Assembly (NCBI GenBank): GCA_009379995.1 | Contig: WHSR01000005.1 | Location: 41,429 to 105,428 of the forward strand | Source of the DNA: Streptosporangiales bacterium | GTDB taxonomy: Bacteria > Actinomycetota > Actinomycetes > Streptosporangiales > WHSR01 | DNA: 64,000 nucleotides | Direction: 5' to 3' | Shown: positions 19,861 through 30,181 of the stretch, piece by piece | How the letters are laid out: the number at the start of each line of letters is the position of its first letter | How positions within the stretch are numbered: the stretch's first letter is position 1 | Notes under the pieces: model-generated | Databases searched by the model: none | What the model was told of the DNA's origin: nothing | What the model saw: only the letters and a program-made list of their open reading frames with translations | Position numbers and translations under genes: made by a program

Positions 19861-20172
19861 TCACAATCCGTAACGAGGCGCCTCGACACAACGCACCCCC
19901 TCCGAGCCGACGGTGGCCGCGTGCCGGGTGCCGGGCGGGAGCACCATCCGGTCCCCCGGGCGGAGTTCGACGTCGCCGTCGTCGGTATGGAAGACGATGC
20001 CGCCCCGCACGCAGTAGAGCACCTTCTCGTAGACGTGTTCGTGCCAGCCGTACGTATCTCCGGGAGCGTTGCCCCATCGATCCACTCCAGGCAGACCTTC
20101 GGCCGTCATGGAGCGCACGATCTCGTCCTCGCTCGGCGGCGGGCCGGAGTGCCGGCGAACCTGCGCGGGCAT
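19861..20172 (-). CDS. Cupin domain protein
   Basis: WGNAPGDTYGWHEH..KVLYCVRG, LRPGDR..LPPGTRH; GAGGAGG RBS. Confidence 0.8.
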   Translation of the reverse strand: MPAQVRRHSGPPPSEDEIVRSMTAEGLPGVDRWGNAPGDTYGWHEHVYEKVLYCVRGGIVFHTDDGDVELRPGDRMVLPPGTRHAATVGSEGVRCVEAPRYGL

Positions 20173-20203
20173 TGCCAATCGACCTCCTCGTTCACCCTCG
20201 GTG

Positions 20204-21337
20204 TCATCCGGACGGTAGCCGCACGGTGATCACCAGGCCGCCGCCCGAGCGGGGTGCCGCGGTAACCGCGCCGCCGTGGGCCTTGGCGACGGAACGCACG
20301 ATAGACAGGCCGAGCCCGGCACCCCGGTCGCTACCGACCCGCTCGGGCTGATGGCGGCGGAACGGGTCGAACAGCCCCTCCACATCGTGTGCCGGCACCA
20401 CCGGGCCGGTGTTCTCCACCTGGAGGACCGTCGAACCGTTCATCGCCGAGGTACGGAGGACGATCTCACCTCCGTCGACGTTGTGCCGTACGGCATTCTG
20501 CACGAGGTTCAGGACCAGCTGCTCGAGGAGCACGGGCTCGCCCATGGTCGGGGCGGGCGCGAGCTCCCTGTGCACGGTGGCGTCCCTGCCCGCGACCTCG
20601 TCGCCGACGGCGTCGAGCGCCGCCGCGGCGAGGTCGTCGAGGCTCACCCGCTTGCGGGTGGTAAGCGCCCGCTCGCTGCGGGCCAGCAGGAGCAGCCCTT
20701 CGATGAGCCGCTCGCTGCGGGCATTGGTGGCCAGCAGGGTACGGCCGACCGCCTTGAGGTCCTCGGAGGCCTCCGGGTCTGCGAGCGCCACCTCGAGCAG
20801 GGTCCGGTTGACAGCGAGCGGCGTCCGCAGCTCGTGCGAGGCGTTGGCGACGAACCGCCGCTCGCTGTCGAAGGCCGCGTGCAGCCGGTCCAGCATGGCG
20901 TCGAAGGTGTCGGCCAGCTCCTTGATCTCGTCCTGCGGGCCCTCCAGCGCGATCCGCTCGTGCAGGGTGCTCTCGGAGAGCCGGCGCGCCGTCGCGGTCA
21001 CCTTGTTCAGCGGGGCCAGCGCGCGGTCGGCCACGAACCAGCCGAGGATCAGCGCCGCGATCCCGACCCCCGCGAGGGCGACGAGGGACTGCCGCAACAG
21101 CCGGTCTAGCGCCGCGGAAGCGAACTGGTCAGCGACCTGCCTCGGATCTTGGAACAGGTCGAGCGAGCCGAGCGGCAACACCACCAGGGAATCCAGGATC
21201 TGCCGCACCAGGAAGTACATCACCGCGAGCAGCAGCGCGCCGGCGAGAAAGAACATCCCCCCGTAGAGCAGGGTGAGCCGCAGCCGCACGCTCATCCGCC
21301 GCGGCAGCTGACGTATGTCCTCGATGAGACCGGTCAC
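20204..21337 (-). CDS. cutS: HAMP sensor histidine kinase (CutS-like)
   Basis: 2 TM helices, HAMP domain, FVANASHELRTPL H-box, NAVRHN, GAGLGL; symbol rests on similarity and synteny with DUF4193. Confidence 0.8.
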   Translation of the reverse strand: MTGLIEDIRQLPRRMSVRLRLTLLYGGMFFLAGALLLAVMYFLVRQILDSLVVLPLGSLDLFQDPRQVADQFASAALDRLLRQSLVALAGVGIAALILGWFVADRALAPLNKVTATARRLSESTLHERIALEGPQDEIKELADTFDAMLDRLHAAFDSERRFVANASHELRTPLAVNRTLLEVALADPEASEDLKAVGRTLLATNARSERLIEGLLLLARSERALTTRKRVSLDDLAAAALDAVGDEVAGRDATVHRELAPAPTMGEPVLLEQLVLNLVQNAVRHNVDGGEIVLRTSAMNGSTVLQVENTGPVVPAHDVEGLFDPFRRHQPERVGSDRGAGLGLSIVRSVAKAHGGAVTAAPRSGGGLVITVRLPSG

Positions 21338-21397
21338 GGTTTTCTCTTGTTCACGTTCGTGCGGTTCGACGGTCCGCGTGCGTCGCGTGCGTGGCGC

Positions 21398-22051
21398 TCA
21401 CAGCCGGTACCCCACGCCGGGCACGGTGTGGATCAAGGCCGGCTCTCCGAGCTTGCGGCGCAGGGTCATCACCGTCACCCGCACCACGTTGGTGAACGGA
21501 TCGATGTGCTCGTCCCAGGCCTTCTCCAGCAGCTGCTCGGAGCTCACCACCGCGCCATCGGCCCGCATGAGCACCTCGAGCACGGCGAACTCCTTGCGGG
21601 TAAGCGGGAGGTGCTGACCGTCGCGGAAGGCGTCGCGGCGCGCCGGGTCGAGCCGTACGCCACCGCGTTCGAGCACGGGTGGCAGCGGCGGCGTCGCCCG
21701 GCGGCCCAGTGCCCGGATCCGCGCCACAAGTTCCGCGAACGCGAACGGCTTGGCCAGGTAGTCGTCGGCACCCAGGGACAGGCCTTCGACCTTGTCGTCG
21801 AGGTCCCCCGAGGCCGTGAGCATGAGAATGCGCGCGGGCGTACGCCCCTCGACGAGTTGCCCGCACACCTCGTCGCCGTGTACTACCGGCAGGTCCCGGT
21901 CGAGCACCACGACGTCGTAGTCGTTGACGCTGGTCCGCTCCAGCGCGCCATCGCCGTCGTAGGCGACGTCGACCGCCATGGCTTCCCCACGCAGGCCGGT
22001 GGCGATGGCATCCGCGAGCACCTGTTCGTCCTCGACGACCAGCACTCGCAC
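21398..22051 (-). CDS. cutR: OmpR-family response regulator (CutR-like)
   Basis: MRVLVVEDE, LDRDLPVVHGD, LLEKAWDE..DPFTNVVRVTVMTLRRKLGEP. Confidence 0.85.
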   Translation of the reverse strand: MRVLVVEDEQVLADAIATGLRGEAMAVDVAYDGDGALERTSVNDYDVVVLDRDLPVVHGDEVCGQLVEGRTPARILMLTASGDLDDKVEGLSLGADDYLAKPFAFAELVARIRALGRRATPPLPPVLERGGVRLDPARRDAFRDGQHLPLTRKEFAVLEVLMRADGAVVSSEQLLEKAWDEHIDPFTNVVRVTVMTLRRKLGEPALIHTVPGVGYRL

Positions 22052-22117
22052 TCGCTCTCACCTCCGACCTTCTAGCGTGGCGCGCTGGACCGGCACGCCT
22101 TTTCTTTCACATGGCGG

Positions 22118-22133
22118 ATAAGCCCAGCGTAAG
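22118..22133. promoter_or_regulatory. Possible OmpR-type direct repeat (autoregulatory site)
   Basis: ATAAG-N6-GTAAG, 11-bp period, about 70 bp upstream of the cutR start. Confidence 0.35.
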
Positions 22134-22314
22134 AGGCCCTGCGCCCGGGATGGACGGCCGAACCCGGTAGATCGCCGCCTGGCGGTGGCCGCCGGCGGGA
22201 CGCCAGCCCGGCGCTTTCATCGCGGGATGATCACGAAGGCTTGAAGTAGACAACCTACCGGGGCTCCACCCGCGGTCCACGCCCCGGGCAAGGTGGTCGG
22301 CAACCTGGGCGCGG

Positions 22315-22926
22315 TCAGTCCAGCGCGAACGTTCCTGTGACGATCTCGCCTGCCGGCTCGTACGTACCGATCATGACTCCAGTGGTGGAGACCTTGCTGT
22401 CGACGAGCTTCAGCCCGGCCGGGATGGCGCCGTCGGCGAACAGGCGTTTGCCCGACCCGACGACGACGGGGAAGATCAACAGGTGGAACTGGTCGACCAG
22501 GTTGTGCCGCAGCAGCGTCTGGATCAGGTTCGCGCTGCCGTGCACCTGCAACTCCGGCCCATCTTCCTTCTTGAGCGCCGCGACACCTTCGGCCACGTCT
22601 CCCTCGATCAAGACCGAGTTGCTCCACTCCAGCGTGGGGCGCCCACGCGACGCGACGTACTTGGTGGCGTCGTTGAATAGCTTGGCGCCGGCCTCCTCTG
22701 GGGCGTGCGGCCAGTGCGCGGCCATGATGTCATAGGTCTTGCGTCCCAGAACCATGGCGAACGGCCTGCTCGTCACCTCGCCCATGACCTGAGCCATCAG
22801 CTCGTCCCAGTAGTTCACCGACCAGCCACCGTGCGCGAAGCCGCCGTCGTTGTCCTCTCCAGGTCCGCCCGGGGCCTGCATGACCCCGTCGAGGGTCAAG
22901 AAGGTGGTCACCATCAGTTTTCTCAT
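22315..22926 (-). CDS. Dihydrofolate reductase/RibD C-terminal family protein
   Basis: TLDGVMQAPGG, LGRKTYD, QVHGSANL, PVVVGSGKRLF. Confidence 0.9.
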   Translation of the reverse strand: MRKLMVTTFLTLDGVMQAPGGPGEDNDGGFAHGGWSVNYWDELMAQVMGEVTSRPFAMVLGRKTYDIMAAHWPHAPEEAGAKLFNDATKYVASRGRPTLEWSNSVLIEGDVAEGVAALKKEDGPELQVHGSANLIQTLLRHNLVDQFHLLIFPVVVGSGKRLFADGAIPAGLKLVDSKVSTTGVMIGTYEPAGEIVTGTFALD

Positions 22927-23256
22927 CTCGTGTCCTTTTCGACCGGATCCCGGCTTGAGTTAAGCCCACCGCAGTATGAGACGGCCCAGCGGAGCAAAAC
23001 TCATCGCGAGCGCAGAGGCGTCATTGCTCTGTGGTGCAGGTGCACGTTCGCGCGGGCTATGCCACCGACGTCGCCGGCATGGCGGCGGCATGGCGGCGGC
23101 CAGCAGCCGTCGTCGTCGCTCTCGGGTGGCTCGTGGTCTCGATGTTGATCTGGGCCAGCGGTTTCTTCTCACCTACCGGTACCGAGGTGTGCACCCGTCT
23201 ACCCGCCGGCTCCCCGGGGACCTCTTCTGGTGACCCACCGGCCCTGGGCCGGCCAC

Positions 23257-24455
23257 TTACTCGGGGAGCTTGCTGAACTGCTGCCGCTCCCAATCCGTCG
23301 GCACGAACTCCCCGTTCTTGACCGTGAACACCGCGATGTTGTCGATGTCCGCGCCCTCGTGGTTGGTGGGCGTGTAGGTGTACCGGCCGTTCACGGTCAG
23401 CAGCGACACACGGTGAGCGAGTCCGCGACGGCCTCGGGCGCCAGGCTCGATGCCTGCTCCATGGCAGCGAAAAGCAGCTCGGCGCCAGCGTGGGCGTCCC
23501 CGGTGAACTGCGCGAACTCGCTGTTGTAGCGCCGCTGCAGCTCGTCCGACAGGGTCTGGTACTTCTCCTTGAGCGCGCCGGCCGGGAGGTGATCCCCGAT
23601 GACCGCGGCGTAGCCGTTGATGATCACACCCTCCGCCGCATCGCCGGCCGGCTCACTGTACAGGCTCGACGCCTGCGCCCCGGTCATGACGAGTTTCACG
23701 TCGTCGTGAAGGTCGGACGCGGCCCACTGTTTGGTGAAGATCACCGCGCCCGGCCCAGCGATCCACAAGAAGATGGCCTCGGCGCCCGATCGGCGGATGT
23801 GGGTGAGCGCCGGCGAGAAATCCGTCGCGCCGGTCTCGACCGACTCGTTGGCGACGACCTCGATGCCGTACTTCGGCGCCAAGTCGGCCGTCGAGCGTTG
23901 GCCGTTGGAGTGGAACGCGTCATCTTGGGCGTAGACGACGGCGATCTTCTTGATGCCCTCCGCCGCCATCCACTGGAGGTCGCGCTCGGACCACATTCGG
24001 CTGGTCGGCGGCACCGTCACCACGTTGTGCAGGCGCTGTTGCACGAGCTCGTCGCTCGGCGAGAGCGAGACGTAGGGGATGCCTTGGCGCTGCGCGAGAG
24101 GCGCCACCGCCAAGGCCGCGTTGGAGTTCGAGGATCCGAGGACCCCGACGACGCCCTCCGACAGCAGGCTGTCGAAGGCGACCACCGACTGGTCCGGCTT
24201 GGTCTGGTCGTCCTTGACGATCAGGTTGACCTTACGGCCCTTGATCCCGCCGGCCGCGTTGATCTGCTGGACGGCGACCTCGGCGCCCTCTCGGTCACCC
24301 TTGCCGAGGGCCGAGTACGCCCCGGTCAGCGGCGCGATGAGCCCGACGTTGATCGGCTCCCCCTGCTTCGCCCCTTCCCCCGTTGAGGTAGAGTTTCCGC
24401 AGGCCGCCAGCAGCATGGCTCCGGCGGTGAGACCCACGAGCACGGTACGACGCAT
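23257..24455 (-). pseudogene. Branched-chain amino acid-type ABC substrate-binding lipoprotein, frameshifted near 23410 (pseudogene or sequencing error)
   Basis: Lipobox LLAAC, INAAGGIKGR..DDQT. The ORF stops at 23397, but the natural C-terminus (VSLLTVNGRYTYTPTNHEG...KNGEFVPTDW...PE, TAA at 23257) continues in another frame. Confidence 0.8.
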
Positions 24456-24612
24456 CGTCGCTCCTCAGGGGCGGAGTCCGGGTACCCGCCGGACCGCGCA
24501 GTCGCGCCGCGCTATGCCTTCCCGACGGCTCCGGTCGCGACTTTGCGCGGTCCGTTCGGCCGGCTTGTCGCGGATCGTATAGGGCTTCCTACACGAGAAC
24601 AAGAGGGTTATG

Positions 24613-24648
24613 TGACGTTTTCCCTAACGAGCGTGTCACGAAACGTCA
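24613..24648. promoter_or_regulatory. Inverted repeat upstream of the SBP gene (possible operator)
   Basis: TGACGTTT-N20-AAACGTCA in an AT-richer intergenic stretch. Confidence 0.3.
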
Positions 24649-24710
24649 GAGAGCTCGTCCGGCCATCGACAGGTTCGCTCGGCGCGTCTGTTCGTGCCGT
24701 AACACGTCAG

Positions 24711-25358
24711 TTAGGTGATGGTGAACTCCCAATCCCCGCGGACAAGATGGATCTTGTCGCCCTCCGGCGGTATGAACACCTGCACGCCGTACAGCGGGAA
24801 CTGGGCGTGCTGGAGCCAGTAGTCGCGGAGTTCTTCGAGGATGTCCCACAGTCGGCGTGGCCCGCCTTGGTGCACCATCGGCGGCTCGACGCCGCGGGCA
24901 GCGGCGCACGCCCAGGAGCCGTCGGCGTGGACCATCCACGCGGTCCGGGTGCCGTCGTCGGTTTCCTGGTAATAGTGCCGGATTCCGGGAGCGGTGACCT
25001 CAAGCATGGATTGCAGCTCCCAACACTCGTTGAGCTGCAGCACCGGGTATCGGCCCAGGGCGATCTTGTCGCCGTCCTTGTGCTCGACGGCCGTGAACAG
25101 ATCGTCCAGCTCGGTCGGGTAGTCCGGGCCATTCCGGATGGCCATGAACCCGGCCCTGTCCCATTCGATGCGCCCTTGCGCCCACCCGTCGTCGCCCATG
25201 GTGGCCGTCAGAAGCAACGTTGTGTCGGCAAGGACGGTGACCAGTCGCCCGCTGGGACGCAGGGCGGCCAGCCAGCTTGCCGGGATCGGTTTGACAGCCA
25301 CCATGGACACGATCCGGTCGTAGCTGCCGTACAGGGGTCCGGTCGCGTCAACCGTCAA
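24711..25358 (-). pseudogene. 5'-truncated protein-L-isoaspartate O-methyltransferase-like gene
   Basis: DATGPL..YDRIVSMVAV..IPASWLAALRPSGRLV is the post-motif-I half of actinomycete PIMT-like enzymes; the SAM-binding glycine motif is missing and an in-frame stop lies just upstream. Confidence 0.7.
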
Positions 25359-25424
25359 CGCGTCGGTGGCATGCTCGCGGTAATCAGCCGGCGATCACCA
25401 AACACAGCGCCGCTGCGGGTCTGA

Positions 25425-26219
25425 TCACATCACCCGGCGGCGGAAGCCGCCCTCGGAGTTGATGACCTGACCGGTTATCCACGCGCTGTCGTCGGAGGCG
25501 AGCCAACGTACGAGCCGGGCGACCTCCTCGGGTCGGCCCCACCGGCCGGCGGGAAGAGCATGCCCGACGCGGCCGGCGAGGTCGGGGTCGGCCCAGCCGG
25601 TGTCGACGGGGCCGGGATTGATCGTGTTGACGGTGATCCCGCGATCGATCAGCGCATCCGACAGGCTGAGCGTCATCTGGTGGATCGCGCCCTTGCTGAT
25701 GGCATAGGGCAGCTCCTGGCTCATCGGGGCCAGATGCTGGCCTGAGGTGAACAGGATCACCCGGCCGCCGGCGCGGCTGTCGTCGTGGACGGCGGTGAAC
25801 GCCTGGGCGAGCAGGACGCTCGCCCAGGCGTTCACCGCCCAGGACAGGTCGAGTTCGGCAGCGGTGACCTCGGTCAGGCTCTGTTTGGAGCTGCGGGCGT
25901 GGTTGGCGACCAGCACGTCGACCGCGCCGAACGCTTCCACCGCCCGGTTGATCACCTCGGCGGGCGCCGCCGGCTCGGCGAAGTCGACGGCCACGTGTGC
26001 GAGCCGGGAGCCTTCACCGCCCAAGTCCTTCACGAGCTCGGCGACGCCGGCCGGGTCGGCGCCCCACGGCTGGGACTCGTCGTGCGGCACCCAGGAGTGG
26101 ATCAGGACCCGCGCGCCCGCGGCGAGCAGCTCGCGCGCCACCGCGAAGCCGAGGCCCGCCCGCCGGCTGACCCCTGTCACCACCGCGACCCGGCCGGCCA
26201 GCGGCGTCGAGCCCCTCAT
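25425..26219 (-). CDS. Short-chain dehydrogenase/reductase
   Basis: VTGVSRRAGLG, YAISK, NPGPVDTGW, WITGQVINSEGG. Confidence 0.9.
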   Translation of the reverse strand: MRGSTPLAGRVAVVTGVSRRAGLGFAVARELLAAGARVLIHSWVPHDESQPWGADPAGVAELVKDLGGEGSRLAHVAVDFAEPAAPAEVINRAVEAFGAVDVLVANHARSSKQSLTEVTAAELDLSWAVNAWASVLLAQAFTAVHDDSRAGGRVILFTSGQHLAPMSQELPYAISKGAIHQMTLSLSDALIDRGITVNTINPGPVDTGWADPDLAGRVGHALPAGRWGRPEEVARLVRWLASDDSAWITGQVINSEGGFRRRVM

Positions 26220-27025
26220 GGCCTCGCCGCTCCGTCGACCGCCGACGCGAGAAGGTCGTGTAGGGGGCCGAACAGCTCCGGAGCCGCCGCGATGGTGAGC
26301 TCGTAACCCGGCGGCCTGCCCCGCAGGCCCTGCACACGCCCGCCCGCCTCCCGAGCGATGAGTACGCCGGCAGCCAGGTCCCACTCCTGCGGCCCGCTCT
26401 CGTAGTACGCGTCCGCCCGCCCGCAGGCGACGGAGCACAGGTCGACCGCGCACGACCCGCCGCGCCGGATGTCCCGCACCCGCGGAAGAACGCTTCGGAG
26501 CACCTCGGCCTGGTGGGCGCGGCGGCTCGACGCGTACCCGAAGCCCGTGGCGACAAGGGCGCGCTCCAGCGGAACATCCTTGTTGCAGTGCACCCGCTCC
26601 TCCCCCAGCCAGGCACCCCCGTCGCGTACGGCGACGAACATCTCGCCGCGCGGTGCGATGTTGACCACGCCCACCGCGAGCTGGCCGTCGACCTCGGCGG
26701 CGATGCTCACCGCCCACTCGGGGAGCCCGTACAGGAAGTTGACGGTGCCGTCGATGGGGTCGACGAGCCACCGCACGCCCGACGTTCCCGCCTCGCTCGC
26801 CCCCTCCTCGCCAAGGATCGTGTCGTGGGGGCGGCTGCCGAGCAGCGTCTCGACGATCAGCCGCTCCGAGGCGGTGTCCATGGCCGTCACCACGTCCGTG
26901 GGGCTCGACTTGGTGGCCGTGACGGTCGGCCCCTCCTCCGGACGGGTCTCGACGAGCAGGTCGCCCGCGCGGCGCGCGGCATCGGTAGCAAGATCCAGCA
27001 GCTCGGTGAGGTCGATACGGGTCAC
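26216..27025 (-). CDS. suhB: Inositol monophosphatase family protein
   Basis: KSSPTDVVT, GEE, WLVDPIDGTVNF, WDLAAG. Confidence 0.9.
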   Translation of the reverse strand: MTRIDLTELLDLATDAARRAGDLLVETRPEEGPTVTATKSSPTDVVTAMDTASERLIVETLLGSRPHDTILGEEGASEAGTSGVRWLVDPIDGTVNFLYGLPEWAVSIAAEVDGQLAVGVVNIAPRGEMFVAVRDGGAWLGEERVHCNKDVPLERALVATGFGYASSRRAHQAEVLRSVLPRVRDIRRGGSCAVDLCSVACGRADAYYESGPQEWDLAAGVLIAREAGGRVQGLRGRPPGYELTIAAAPELFGPLHDLLASAVDGAARP

Positions 27026-27054
27026 GGCTCCATCCTGCCAACCCCGCGCGATCT

Positions 27055-29076
27055 CTAGACCAGCTCGGGCCGTTTCCACTCCTGCCCGAGCACGTGATGG
27101 GCCAGGAAGGCGAGGACCGTCTCGTACCACACGATCCCGTTGCCCGGACCGAGCACCCAGTGGTTCTCGTCCGGGAAGTACAGGAACTTGGCGTCGGCGC
27201 GCTGCCGCACCAGGTCCCACCACAGCCGCAGCGCCTCGCCGACCGGAACGCGGTAGTCGCGGTTCCCGTGGATGACGAGCATGGGCGTTCGGATGCGCTC
27301 GCCACGGCGATGCGGCGAGTTCTCCTCGTACCGCTGGGGCTGGCGCAGCGGATCGCCGAACCAACGCTGCCATTCCGACGCCTCGTCGGTCGTTGCGAAC
27401 ATCTGGTCGAACGACCACAGGCCGGCGTGGCTCACGATCGCCTTGAACCGGTCGGTGTTCACGGCTATCCAGTTCGCCATGTAGCCACCGAAGGATCCGC
27501 CCATCGCCGCGGTGCGGGTCCCGTCGATGTCGGGACGCTCCACCGCGGCGCTGGTGATCGTCAACAGATCGGTGTACGGAGGGCCACCCCAGTTCCCCCA
27601 GGCGGACCGGATGTGGTGCTGGCCGTACCCGGTGGATAGCGCCGGGTCCGGCAGCAGAACGGCGTACCCGTGCGCCGCCATGATCCACGGGTTCCACCGC
27701 CAGTGCCAGCCATTCCAGCTTGCGAGCGGACCACCGTGGATCCACAGCAGCATCGGAACGGGCGCGATCGGGGATACCCCCTTGGGCAGCACCAGCCACG
27801 CCCGCAGCGCTCGCCCATCCTCGGCCGTCGCCGTGACCTCGGCGAGCTCGCCGGGAACCGCAACGGGCGTGCCCGGGGCGGGCAGCCGCGCCGGTTCCTG
27901 GTCGGCGGCGCTCGTATCCAGCCGAACCGGCGCCGGCGGCTCGTCGACCGAGTTGCGCAGCGCGTACAGATGCGCGCCGTCGGGCGCGGGGCAGATCTCG
28001 GAGTACGCTCCGCGGTCTCCGGTCAGCCGGGTGATGGCACCGGTCCGCACGTCGACCCGGAACACCGGCCGCCCGCCTTGCTCGTCCGCGACGAAGAAGA
28101 CCGCCGCGGAGTCCGGTGCCCAGACCGGCTCCGCCGGCCACAGGTCGAGGCCGGCGGTGAGGTCCCGACCGCCCGAGCCGTCCATACCCACCAGCCACAG
28201 CGTCTGGTCATGCGGCTCGTCGTAGCCCATGCGGCGGGAGCGGACGCACACCACCTCGCGGCCGTCCGGGGACACCGCGGGTGCCTCGAACTCGTGGTCC
28301 GGATCGTCGCCGAGCGCCCTCCGCTCCCCGGTGGCGGCGGCGACCGCGACCACCGTCTGACGGCGTTCTCCCGCACCCTCGTCCATGAGCCAGCCGGTGA
28401 CGACGACGGAGCCGTCGGGGGTGAGGGTGGAGCGCTGTTCGTCCAGAGCGCGCCCGGGCTCGGGGGTGAGGTCGCGGGGATCGGACAACCTGCCCTCCGG
28501 CCCGTCGGGCGGGTCGGCCACGAAGATCCGCGGTTGGGCCGGGCCGAGGTCGTGGTCCCAGTGGCGCACCGGGTAGGCCTCGTGCAGCAGCGCGCTCACG
28601 CCGCCGTCCTCGCGGGCCCTACGGCGCCGCTCGTCCTCCTCGAGGTCACTCGTCCCCGGCATGACGGGAGCGGCGAAGGCGACGGTCCCCGCGTCGCGTG
28701 CCACGGCAACGCCGGAGACGCCGCCGGGTGGCGTGGCGACCTGCCGCGCCTCACCCCCGCCCGCCGGCAGCAGCCACAGCGCGGCGGTGTCGGACCCGTC
28801 CGCCTTCGCCGCTTCGGGGTCGGGACGGGCGGAGGTGAACAGCAACGATCCGTCCGGCAGGAACTCGGGGCTCGCCTCGCCGGGCGCGGATCGGGTGAGC
28901 CGGCGCGGCCGGTCCTTCCCCAGCGGGTCGATCTGCCACAACGCGGTGACGAACTTCTTGCGGTCGGCGGCCAGCTCGGACACCACCGCGACGAGCCGCG
29001 CCCCGTCCGGTGAGAGCCGCAGCGCGGACACCCGCTGGATCGCGACGAAGTCACGCAGGTCGTGAAAGGGGGTCAT
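27055..29076 (-). CDS. S9 family peptidase (beta-propeller plus catalytic domain)
   Basis: IHGGP, GGSFGG nucleophile, DYRVP, FPDENHW. Confidence 0.92.
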   Translation of the reverse strand: MTPFHDLRDFVAIQRVSALRLSPDGARLVAVVSELAADRKKFVTALWQIDPLGKDRPRRLTRSAPGEASPEFLPDGSLLFTSARPDPEAAKADGSDTAALWLLPAGGGEARQVATPPGGVSGVAVARDAGTVAFAAPVMPGTSDLEEDERRRRAREDGGVSALLHEAYPVRHWDHDLGPAQPRIFVADPPDGPEGRLSDPRDLTPEPGRALDEQRSTLTPDGSVVVTGWLMDEGAGERRQTVVAVAAATGERRALGDDPDHEFEAPAVSPDGREVVCVRSRRMGYDEPHDQTLWLVGMDGSGGRDLTAGLDLWPAEPVWAPDSAAVFFVADEQGGRPVFRVDVRTGAITRLTGDRGAYSEICPAPDGAHLYALRNSVDEPPAPVRLDTSAADQEPARLPAPGTPVAVPGELAEVTATAEDGRALRAWLVLPKGVSPIAPVPMLLWIHGGPLASWNGWHWRWNPWIMAAHGYAVLLPDPALSTGYGQHHIRSAWGNWGGPPYTDLLTITSAAVERPDIDGTRTAAMGGSFGGYMANWIAVNTDRFKAIVSHAGLWSFDQMFATTDEASEWQRWFGDPLRQPQRYEENSPHRRGERIRTPMLVIHGNRDYRVPVGEALRLWWDLVRQRADAKFLYFPDENHWVLGPGNGIVWYETVLAFLAHHVLGQEWKRPELV

Positions 29077-30128
29077 GCTCCGGACCTCATCGGACGGGCG
29101 GGTTCGTACCGGCAACATTCTCGAGGGCACTCGTCGTGGCTCGGTCCCAGCGTGCCGAGGGCCCGCCGCGGCGCGTCCGGGGTCATGCGTTCCAGGACGA
29201 GCTCGCGGACCATCGCGACGAACCGCGGTTCCGTGCCGACCGTCGCGACACGCGCGAGGTGGATGCCGAGCTCGCCCGCCCGGTCCATCGCCTCGACGTC
29301 GAGGTCGTACTTGATCTCGAGGTGGTCGGAGACGAAGCCGATCGGTACCAGTACGGCGGAGCGAACCCCCTTGCAGTGCAGCACGTCCAGGTGGTCGCCC
29401 ACGTCCGGTTCGAGCCACGGCTGGCCCGGCGGTCCGCTGCGGCTCTGGAACACCAGCTCCCACGGGTGCGTACCGCCGTCCACCCTCTCCTGCACCAGGC
29501 GCGCGGCGTCGGCGAGCCCTCGAACGTATTCGCCTCCCCGCGGGCCGCTGTGCTCGGCCATCTGCGTGGGGATGCTGTGCGCGGTGAAGGCGAGATGGGC
29601 CTCGCCGCGCACCTCCTCGGGCAGCCGGTGCAGCGCGGCGAGCGTCGCGTCGACCATGGGTTCGACGAAGCCGGGATGGTTGAAGTAATGACGCAGCTTG
29701 TCCACCCGCGGGGCGCGGGAACCGACCGCGGCCCGCGCGCCCGCGATGTCCTCCCGGTACTGCCGACAGCTCGAGTACGAGCCGTAGGCGGCGGTCACGA
29801 AGGCGATCGCCCGACGAATCCCATCGTCGGCCATCCTCCGCATCGTGTCGGCGAGGTACGGCTTCCAGTTGCGGTTCCCCCAGTACACGGGCAGATCGAG
29901 CCCGTGCCCGGCAAAGTCGACCTCGATGGCCGCGATGAGGTCGCGGCACTGTTGGTTGATCGGGCTCACCCCGCCGAACCGGAGGTAGTGCTCGCCGACC
30001 TCGGCCAGCCGCGCACGCGGGACGTTGCGCCCGCGGGTGACGTTCTCCAGGAAGCCCATGACGTCCTCAGGGCCCTCCGGGCCGCCGAACGACACCAGCA
30101 GCAGCGCATCGTACGGCTCAGTCGACAT
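29073..30128 (-). CDS. hemH: Ferrochelatase (coproporphyrin ferrochelatase)
   Basis: [21 protein letters not shown]...[15 protein letters not shown]-terminal CxxxCC. Confidence 0.93.
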   Translation of the reverse strand: MSTEPYDALLLVSFGGPEGPEDVMGFLENVTRGRNVPRARLAEVGEHYLRFGGVSPINQQCRDLIAAIEVDFAGHGLDLPVYWGNRNWKPYLADTMRRMADDGIRRAIAFVTAAYGSYSSCRQYREDIAGARAAVGSRAPRVDKLRHYFNHPGFVEPMVDATLAALHRLPEEVRGEAHLAFTAHSIPTQMAEHSGPRGGEYVRGLADAARLVQERVDGGTHPWELVFQSRSGPPGQPWLEPDVGDHLDVLHCKGVRSAVLVPIGFVSDHLEIKYDLDVEAMDRAGELGIHLARVATVGTEPRFVAMVRELVLERMTPDAPRRALGTLGPSHDECPRECCRYEPARPMRSGA

Positions 30129-30181
30129 GCCTCCATCCAACCCGACGCCCGGCGGTGGATGGCACGGACCCCGGGGGTGAC

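Noticed and set aside
23031-23276. 81-aa ORF with a hydrophobic stretch
   Set aside because: No RBS or recognisable motif, and it overlaps the true SBP 3' end; cannot be supported.
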